Origin: an uncultured Erysipelotrichaceae bacterium
GTDB lineage: Bacteria > Bacillota_I > Bacilli_A > Erysipelotrichales > Erysipelotrichaceae
Reading direction: 5' to 3'
Assembly (NCBI GenBank): GCA_964401415.1
Contig: CAYNYC010000006.1
Location: 6,553 to 30,552 of the forward strand
Length of the DNA stretch: 24,000 nucleotides
Each line of letters begins with the position of its first letter. Position 1 is the stretch's first letter. The position numbers and the translations under genes are program-made. Below the pieces are notes generated by a model. That model saw nothing but the letters and a program-made list of their open reading frames with translations, made no database searches and was not told the DNA's origin. Below, in pieces: positions 17,893 through 24,000 of this stretch.

Positions 17893-17921
17893 AGTATAGC
17901 AGAAAAGATATTAACTGACTA
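17893..17921 (-). promoter_or_regulatory. Candidate promoter of the DUF2779 operon
   Basis: The minus strand reads TAGTCA (17916-17921), a 17-nt spacer, then TATACT (17893-17898), about 20 nt upstream of the ATG. Both hexamers match consensus only moderately. Confidence 0.3.
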
Positions 17922-17946
17922 TGTTAAACGATGGATGGATGTGCGA

Positions 17947-17975
17947 CAAATGAATTACCAAATTATATTCATTTG
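17947..17975. repeat. Perfect 9-bp inverted repeat in the divergent control region (candidate operator)
   Basis: caaatgaat (17947-17955) and attcatttg (17967-17975) are separated by 11 nt. The repeat lies between the candidate minus-strand promoter and the AT-rich upstream region of the plus-strand gene pair. Confidence 0.5.
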
Positions 17976-18073
17976 TGATAATAATTAATTTTTAGGTTGT
18001 TATTTACTGGTTATTTGATAATTCGCCATATATAATAATAATATATTATATTAAAATAGTTTGAGGAATAGCA

Positions 18074-19387
18074 ATGAATAAGACAAAAACAAGAACTATC
18101 CTAATAATCATCTCTCTTATTTCTTTTTCCTTGTTCGCTATAGTGTATTCACAATCTCAGATTGACAAGCTAAACGATAAACTAATTGCTCAGCAAAGCG
18201 ACAAAGAGAAAATAGATGAGTTTGTTCTAATTGATCATCATGAGCCAGTGGTTATGCAAAAAACACTTGATTCACTAAACATAAATCATAATGATGATGA
18301 AGGTATTAAGTATATGTACCAATCTCCTGATGGTATCCAGATGATCAGTTACAGTAATAAATGGAATACTGATAAACTACAAAGATTATATGAAGAATTA
18401 AGACTTAACAAACATGGCGAAGAGTTTTCTTTACTAAAAGAAGTTGTGATCTACGGTGATTCTACCGAATACGCGGCTGGTGATCAATCAACCATGCTTA
18501 AAAAAGTAACTTTAGATTTTAAACTACCAGCACTTGCTAGAAATAGTAGCCTTAATTTCTTTTTATATATGGGGACAATAAGACTATATAATGGTGATCA
18601 GTACACTACAGTTCAGGATATGGCCCATGTATTAAGTCACGAATACGGTCATCATTTCACTTTCTATCATTTCTTTAAAAATGATATCATCACAAATAGT
18701 GAATACGAAGTGATCCGTAATTTTGGTGAAAACGAGGTATTTTATAATTGGGGTAATAGTACTCATTACATGGACAACCACCATTGGTATCTGATTGAGA
18801 TCGCTGCAGATGACTATGTTCAGCTTATGGGATCACCAATGACTAAAAATGTATCACGTTATACTGATGTCAAACAAAACCTAACCACAACATATGCTCT
18901 ACCTCAGTGGCGCTCTTATAATGGTACTATTCAGGGTAATCTATTATTACCATTTGCGGATGAAGTTATTGGACTAAAGGATTATTATTATAGTTTTATT
19001 ACGGAAAAACCAGAAAACAAAGTAGCCCCTCTTAAATACAATTTTGAGCTTAAGATCACTAAGAAATATTCTGAGCACCAATCACAATCAGGACCTTTAA
19101 CCTTTGATCGCTATGAAATTAGTTGGGATGATGTTTACAAGGATCAAGGCGCAATCTATACACTAGTTTGTAGTGATAAAGATGGTTCAAATATGATACC
19201 GATCAAAACAGTCTATCCAGATCAGACTACTAATGCGACAGTCGGTACCGTTTCATACGAAGACGATAATATGATCTATTGGCGTTATGATGAAATTGAT
19301 CAGGGCACCAAGACATTTGTTGTAACAGTTTTATTGCCAGATTATACATTGTATAAGTCACAACCTCTGACTTATACCTTCAGGTAG
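18074..19387 (+). CDS. Membrane-anchored/secreted putative zinc metallopeptidase (HEXXH, MA-clan-like), otherwise uncharacterised
   Basis: 437 aa. N-terminal signal-anchor helix (ILIIISLISFSLFAIVY). HEYGH at 18638-18652 (H189-E190-x2-H193). A downstream W-YLIE(242)IAADDY motif resembles the third-ligand Glu segment of gluzincins. The C-terminal ~120 aa are beta-rich. SD gaggaa upstream. Confidence 0.5.
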   Translation: MNKTKTRTILIIISLISFSLFAIVYSQSQIDKLNDKLIAQQSDKEKIDEFVLIDHHEPVVMQKTLDSLNINHNDDEGIKYMYQSPDGIQMISYSNKWNTDKLQRLYEELRLNKHGEEFSLLKEVVIYGDSTEYAAGDQSTMLKKVTLDFKLPALARNSSLNFFLYMGTIRLYNGDQYTTVQDMAHVLSHEYGHHFTFYHFFKNDIITNSEYEVIRNFGENEVFYNWGNSTHYMDNHHWYLIEIAADDYVQLMGSPMTKNVSRYTDVKQNLTTTYALPQWRSYNGTIQGNLLLPFADEVIGLKDYYYSFITEKPENKVAPLKYNFELKITKKYSEHQSQSGPLTFDRYEISWDDVYKDQGAIYTLVCSDKDGSNMIPIKTVYPDQTTNATVGTVSYEDDNMIYWRYDEIDQGTKTFVVTVLLPDYTLYKSQPLTYTFR

Positions 19388-19393
19388 GTCAAT

Positions 19394-20200
19394 ATGAAAA
19401 AAAATAAACTAATCATATTGTTACTGTTGTGGCTGCTTTTACTAGCAGGCTGTACGAAAGCTAATATAATCTATGAAATTGATGCAAATCATAATGTTAT
19501 CTTAAATTATCAAGGACAAATAGATCTAAGTAGTGCTGATCGAGATTTAAAAAATGGGGTGACTAATCTTATCAAAGATACTGTTACTCATTATGAAAAC
19601 ATAGGTTTTGAAACGAGCTTAGATATAACAGAAACAATGATCGAATTCGATATGATCCTTTCTAAACCAACTAATAGTTTTCAAGAAGCTTATGAAACAT
19701 TGAAAACGGTCATGATTGATCCAACGATCAGCTTTCTTTTACAAGTTGATCTTGTTTATCATATCGAAGAATATGAACATAGTTTAGATCTAGCTTTTGA
19801 TACTGATCTCTCTTTTATTCTTAATGCAGCAGGTTTCAATAATATGCCTCTTAAATTAAGAGAAGAACTATCTTCACAACTAAATGAAAGCGAGTTAACT
19901 ATCGATGTTATCCTTCCCTATTCAACGATTGTAGATCAAAACGATGAAGTAGTGATTAGATATCAAGATCAAAAAACGCATATTTACTTACCTATTGCCC
20001 TATCTGAGAAAAGCTCTTTTGCAATTGTAAGCCGGATGAGTGTTGATAATGATCAAGTTTTACCAATGGATATGAATTCCTCAATAAGCAAGACAAACAA
20101 ACAAATCCAAACATTCAACATGATCACCTATTCAGCCATTACAATTGGTGGAATTAGTATAATATCCTTGATTGGCTATCTTATCAAATCAAAAAAGTAA
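19394..20200 (+). CDS. Lipoprotein with C-terminal TM anchor (LppM/DUF3153-like architecture, tentative)
   Basis: 268 aa. Signal peptide MKKNKLIILLLLWLLLLAGC with the lipobox L-A-G-C (Cys codon 19451-19453). C-terminal hydrophobic helix ITYSAITIGGISIISLIGYLI followed by KSKK. Starts 6 nt after the upstream stop, so it is probably co-transcribed. Confidence 0.55.
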   Translation: MKKNKLIILLLLWLLLLAGCTKANIIYEIDANHNVILNYQGQIDLSSADRDLKNGVTNLIKDTVTHYENIGFETSLDITETMIEFDMILSKPTNSFQEAYETLKTVMIDPTISFLLQVDLVYHIEEYEHSLDLAFDTDLSFILNAAGFNNMPLKLREELSSQLNESELTIDVILPYSTIVDQNDEVVIRYQDQKTHIYLPIALSEKSSFAIVSRMSVDNDQVLPMDMNSSISKTNKQIQTFNMITYSAITIGGISIISLIGYLIKSKK

Positions 20201-20201
20201 T

Positions 20202-20240
20202 AAAAAAGATCCTGATCTTAATTAGATTCAGGATCTTTTA
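20202..20240. terminator. Bidirectional intrinsic terminator between the lipoprotein gene and ppdK
   Basis: aaaagatcctga (20204-20215) is the exact reverse complement of tcaggatctttt (20228-20239). The core stem is gatcctga/tcaggatc, flanked by an A-run and a T-run. It lies between convergent stop codons. Confidence 0.8.
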
Positions 20241-20250
20241 TTGTGTTTAT

Positions 20251-22875
20251 CTATTTACTAGCTTTAATAGCGGCATGTGCCGCTGCTAAACGAGCGATTG
20301 GAACACGATAAGGTGAGCATGATACATAAGACAAGCCAACCTTATGACAGAACTCGATTGAGCTTGGATCTCCACCATGTTCACCACAGATACCTAATTT
20401 GATATTAGGACGAACTTGACGACCAAGTTTACAAGACATTTCAACTAATTTACCGACACCATGTTGATCTAAACGAGCAAATGGATCTTGTTCGAGAATC
20501 TTGTTTTCGTAATAACTATCCAAGAATGAGCCAGCATCATCACGTGAGAAGCCAAATGTCATTTGCGTTAAGTCATTAGTACCAAATGAGAAGAACTCAG
20601 CTTCTTGAGCAATCTCATCTGATAATAAAGCAGCTCTTGGGATTTCAATCATTGTTCCAACCATGTATTTCATGTCAGAATGATGTTCAGCGATAAGCTT
20701 ATCCGCTGTTTTCACAACGATATCTTTAACATATTTCAATTCTTTAACTTCACCAACAAGTGGAATCATGATCTCTGGCACAAGCTTCCAATCTGGATGT
20801 TTCTTATTTACATTTAAAGCCGCTTCAATAACAGCTTGTGTCTGCATTTCAGCGATTTCAGGATAAGTAACCGCTAAACGACAACCACGATGTCCCATCA
20901 TTGGGTTAAACTCATGTAATTCACTTATGATATATTTTAAATCTTCTACTTTAATATCCATATCATCAGCTAACTCAACAATATCTTCCTCTTTTGTTGG
21001 TAAAAACTCATGAAGTGGTGGATCCAAGTAACGAATAGTTACAGGTCTTCCCTCCATGGCTTCATATAGTCCTTCAAAATCACTACGTTGCATTGGTAAA
21101 AGTTTAGCTAACGCTGCACGACGTTGTTCTTCATTATTACTTACGATCATTTCACGCATCGCTTGAATACGATCAGTGTCAAAGAACATATGCTCAGTAC
21201 GTGTTAAGCCAATACCTTCAGCTCCAAATGATAAGGCTTGAGCGGCATCTTTTGGTGTATCAGCGTTTGTTCTGATCTTTAATACTCTAAATTCATCAGC
21301 CCATGTCATGATCGTTTCAAAGTCGCCACTGATACGAGCATCAACAGTTTTGATCGATCCTGCATAGATCTTGCCTGTAGCACCATCTAATGAAATATAA
21401 TCGCCTTCTTTAAATTCAACCCCACCAAGTGTAAAGGATTTTCCATTAAACTTGATATCACCACAACCAGATATACAACATCTACCCATACCACGAGCAA
21501 CAACAGCCGCATGTGATGTCATACCACCTCTAGCTGTCAAGATACCCTCAGATACATTCATTCCTTCAATGTCTTCAGGAGAAGTCTCTAAACGTACCAA
21601 GATAACCTTTTCACCACGCTCTTTTGCCAAAACAGCATCAGCAGCAGTAAAGACAACCTTACCACAAGCAGCACCAGGAGATGCTGGTAAAGCTGACGCA
21701 ATATGATGTCCTTCTTTTAAAGCAAATGGATCGAATTGTGGATGTAATAAAGAATCGAGAGCTTTAGGTTCAACTTGCATGACAGCCTCTTCTTTACTTA
21801 TCATACCTTCCGCGACAAGATCAACAGCGATCTTTAAAGCCGCTGCCGCTGTTCTTTTACCATTTCTGGTCTGTAACATAAACAACTTGCCTTTTTCAAT
21901 GGTAAATTCCATATCTTGCATATCACGATAGTGATTTTCTAATGTGTCACATATCTTAACAAAATCATCATAAGCAACTGGTGAAATACTCTTTAGTTCT
22001 TCGATAGTTCTTGGAGTTCTAACTCCAGCCACAACATCTTCTCCTTGAGCATTCATCAAAAACTCGCCATAAAGTTTCTTTTCACCTGTAGCTGGGTTTC
22101 TCGTAAAAGCTACACCAGTACCACAATCATCACCCATATTACCAAAGACCATCATCTGTACATTAACAGCCGTTCCCCAATCACTGGGAATATCATTCAT
22201 CCGACGATAATAGATCGCACGGGGATTATCCCAAGAACGGAATACAGCTTTAACTGCTTCTTTTAGTTGTTCCTTAGGATCAGTTGGGAATGATTTTCCT
22301 TTTTCTTTTGTGTAATAAGCTTTAAAACGAGTAACCATTTCTTTTAGATCATCAGCGGTAAAATCAGTATCAAGGTGAATACCTTTTTCATTCTTCATCT
22401 CATCAATGATTACTTCAAAATTATGTTTTGGCAATTCCATAACAACATCTGAAAACATTTGAATGAATCGACGATAAGAATCATAAGCAAAACGGGCATT
22501 ATTAGTAAGTTTAGCAACCCCTTCTACTACTTCATCATTAATACCAAGATTTAGGATAGTGTCCATCATTCCAGGCATACTGGCTCTTGAACCAGATCTG
22601 ACCGATACTAACAAAGGATTGTTTTTATCGCCAAATTTCTTTCCACTAAGTTCTTCTAATTTTTCTAGATAAGTAAATATCTCGTTGTTGATATCATCAT
22701 TGATGGTTTGTCCATCAGCATAGTACTGAATACAAGCTTCAGTTGTGACTGTAAATCCAAAAGGTACCGGTAAGCCTAAATTAGACATCTCAGCTAAATT
22801 AGCTCCTTTTCCTCCAAGAAGTTCACGCATTTTTCCGCTTCCTTCAGAAAAAAGATAAACATATTTCTTACTCAT
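20251..22875 (-). CDS. ppdK: Pyruvate, phosphate dikinase
   Basis: 874 aa. N-terminal ATP-grasp region (GGKGANLAEM), phospho-His domain GGMTSHAAVVARGMG, and a C-terminal PEP-utilising TIM barrel (GICGEHGGDP). I place the start at the ATG 22873-22875 (MSKKYVYLF) with the SD ggagg 5 nt upstream. The ATG at 22887 in the ORF track is part of that SD region. Confidence 0.97.
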   Translation of the reverse strand: MSKKYVYLFSEGSGKMRELLGGKGANLAEMSNLGLPVPFGFTVTTEACIQYYADGQTINDDINNEIFTYLEKLEELSGKKFGDKNNPLLVSVRSGSRASMPGMMDTILNLGINDEVVEGVAKLTNNARFAYDSYRRFIQMFSDVVMELPKHNFEVIIDEMKNEKGIHLDTDFTADDLKEMVTRFKAYYTKEKGKSFPTDPKEQLKEAVKAVFRSWDNPRAIYYRRMNDIPSDWGTAVNVQMMVFGNMGDDCGTGVAFTRNPATGEKKLYGEFLMNAQGEDVVAGVRTPRTIEELKSISPVAYDDFVKICDTLENHYRDMQDMEFTIEKGKLFMLQTRNGKRTAAAALKIAVDLVAEGMISKEEAVMQVEPKALDSLLHPQFDPFALKEGHHIASALPASPGAACGKVVFTAADAVLAKERGEKVILVRLETSPEDIEGMNVSEGILTARGGMTSHAAVVARGMGRCCISGCGDIKFNGKSFTLGGVEFKEGDYISLDGATGKIYAGSIKTVDARISGDFETIMTWADEFRVLKIRTNADTPKDAAQALSFGAEGIGLTRTEHMFFDTDRIQAMREMIVSNNEEQRRAALAKLLPMQRSDFEGLYEAMEGRPVTIRYLDPPLHEFLPTKEEDIVELADDMDIKVEDLKYIISELHEFNPMMGHRGCRLAVTYPEIAEMQTQAVIEAALNVNKKHPDWKLVPEIMIPLVGEVKELKYVKDIVVKTADKLIAEHHSDMKYMVGTMIEIPRAALLSDEIAQEAEFFSFGTNDLTQMTFGFSRDDAGSFLDSYYENKILEQDPFARLDQHGVGKLVEMSCKLGRQVRPNIKLGICGEHGGDPSSIEFCHKVGLSYVSCSPYRVPIARLAAAHAAIKASK

Positions 22876-22953
22876 ATTTTCCTCCATATCTCGTTTATTA
22901 ATTATACTAGATAATAAATAACATTGCTACCTTGATTTATGTAAATATAAACA

Positions 22954-23583
22954 CTAAAATACCTTAATCTTAAACATGAATGGCTTGACATAACGCATAT
23001 AAAGCTCAAGCAACGGTCCAAAGATGATCATACCGATCACTGTTCCTTCCCTGATAGTCATTAAGCCATTAAATAATAAAACTAAGATTATAACTCCCAT
23101 CATTGTTATGATATCCGCGAGTTGTCTAATCTTTCCAAATGGACGATTTAACTTATTGGCTATTTCCATGCATAAACCCTCAAGTGGGAAACTGATAAAG
23201 TTTTGAGCTGTTACTGTCCCAACGCCAAAGGCACAACTTATATTGCCTATTAGAAAGAAGATCATCGTTGTAAGATAGGAACCTGTATCCCAATTACCTA
23301 GTAACTCATAGTAGAAGAAATTGATCAAAAATCCTAATAACACAGCTAAAGCAATTTGTAAGATCAAGGTGATCTTGATTTGCTTTCTGATGATCATCTG
23401 CGCAATAACGCATGTGACATTCATAAACATGGAAAAAGTGCCAACCTTTATACCGATCAGCCCTGAAGCTGTTTGACTAAACGCATCCCAAGCACCAACT
23501 CCAATTGCACATTTTAATACGATACTCACACTAAATGAGACCAATAAGATACTTATAAATAAAACCACTATTTTTTTAATCAT
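22954..23583 (-). CDS. YczE-family integral membrane protein (paralogue 1)
   Basis: 209 aa, polytopic. The motif AIGVGAWDAF resembles the G-x-G-x-WD signature of YczE/DUF6198-type proteins. SD aggag upstream. Confidence 0.6.
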   Translation of the reverse strand: MIKKIVVLFISILLVSFSVSIVLKCAIGVGAWDAFSQTASGLIGIKVGTFSMFMNVTCVIAQMIIRKQIKITLILQIALAVLLGFLINFFYYELLGNWDTGSYLTTMIFFLIGNISCAFGVGTVTAQNFISFPLEGLCMEIANKLNRPFGKIRQLADIITMMGVIILVLLFNGLMTIREGTVIGMIIFGPLLELYMRYVKPFMFKIKVF

Positions 23584-23630
23584 TTGAGCTCCTACTTATT
23601 CTTTTGAATCTATTTGTAATAATTCTATCC

Positions 23631-24000
23631 TTAATCATTACCATATATATTAAACTTTATCATAATCGGCTTGATATAGCGCATGTACAAATCAAGTAAT
23701 GGTCCAAAAATGATCATGCCAATCACTGTTCCCTCTCGAATAGTCATTAAACCATCAAAGAAAACAACTAACAGCAATACACCAGCGATTGTTATGACAT
23801 CAACCATTTGTCGAATTTTACCAAACGGACGATTCAGCTTATTCGCTATTTCCATACATAATCCTTCTAGTGGAAAACTGATAAAATTTTGAGCGGTAAC
23901 AGTGCCTATAGCAAACGCAACACTTATCGTACCAATAAAATAAAAAAATATCTTCATTATATATGAACTTATCATCCAATTACCCAATATATTATAATAA
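23631..24000 (-). CDS. YczE-family integral membrane protein (paralogue 2), 5' end outside the window
   Basis: The reading frame stays open to the window edge. The translated edge ..YYNILGNW aligns with FYYELLGNW at residues 90-98 of paralogue 1, so about 95 N-terminal codons lie beyond 24000. The TTG at 23987 in the ORF track is probably not the true start. Confidence 0.6.
   Translation of the reverse strand, partial: YYNILGNWMISSYIMKIFFYFIGTISVAFAIGTVTAQNFISFPLEGLCMEIANKLNRPFGKIRQMVDVITIAGVLLLVVFFDGLMTIREGTVIGMIIFGPLLDLYMRYIKPIMIKFNIYGND

Noticed and set aside
17930-17941. (GATG)3 microrepeat
   Set aside because: Three units are too short to call a functional repeat or phase-variation tract, and it lies in non-coding DNA with no frame to shift.
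14477-20200. Possible horizontally acquired or defence island
   Set aside because: I saw no integrase, transposase, flanking tRNA or direct repeats. AT content and the unusual GATC density look the same as in the flanking core genes. No recognisable defence-system signature genes are present. I kept it only as a hypothesis about an uncharacterised operon.
21452-22266. Two plus-strand ORFs (84 aa at 21452-21706 and 73 aa at 22045-22266)
   Set aside because: Both are antisense to the highly conserved ppdK, so they are shadow ORFs.
20251-22953. ppdK without an adjacent PPDK regulatory protein (DUF299/PDRP) gene
   Set aside because: The regulator can be encoded elsewhere. Absence from a 24-kb window is not informative.
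23024-23892. Two similar plus-strand ORFs (60 aa at 23024-23206 and 69 aa at 23683-23892)
   Set aside because: They resemble each other only because each is antisense to one of the two paralogous YczE-family genes. They are shadow ORFs of a duplicated locus.
1-24000. Mollicutes-type genetic code (TGA = Trp)
   Set aside because: Conserved proteins reach their expected lengths under code 11. Trp residues I checked are TGG, and the methyltransferase gene ends with TGA at 8318-8320.
1-24000. Strong gene-strand bias (19 of 22 genes on the minus strand)
   Set aside because: This is the expected leading-strand co-orientation in low-GC Gram-positive-type genomes. It is not unusual in itself.

Overview
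Chromosomal segment from a low-GC bacterium (about 35% GC by eye), probably Bacillota with an Erysipelotrichia/Acholeplasma-like character. It uses the standard code 11: Trp is TGG and TGA acts as a stop. I call 22 genes, 19 on the minus strand. Most are conserved housekeeping genes with Bacillus-like synteny: rpmF and DUF177 (ylbN/yceD); an erythrin-VIT1 (MbfA-like) metal transporter; an alpha/beta hydrolase; tmcAL (ylbM); a YebC-family factor; T-box-controlled pheS-pheT; a SpoU/TrmH methyltransferase; T-box-controlled ileS; divIVA-ylmH-sepF; a long-form hpf; ppdK; and two tandem YczE-family membrane paralogues, the second running off the window. The only poorly characterised block is about 14.5-20.2 kb. 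It holds a translationally coupled operon: DUF2779 protein (Cas4-like Cys cluster plus DEDDy-like exonuclease motifs), then a signal-less Zn-phospholipase-C-fold protein, then an M19 dipeptidase. Facing it is a divergent gene pair encoding a membrane-anchored HEXXH protein and a lipobox lipoprotein with a C-terminal TM anchor. A perfect 9-bp inverted repeat lies in the shared control region. Across the window GATC is about 3-fold over-represented by hand count, in core and accessory genes alike. I saw no rRNA, tRNA, CRISPR array, transposase, integrase or prophage signature. I found no recognisable named defence or mobile system, so the candidate novel system is a hypothesis built on gene coupling and motifs only. 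All family assignments come from motif and sequence recognition by eye, not database searches.
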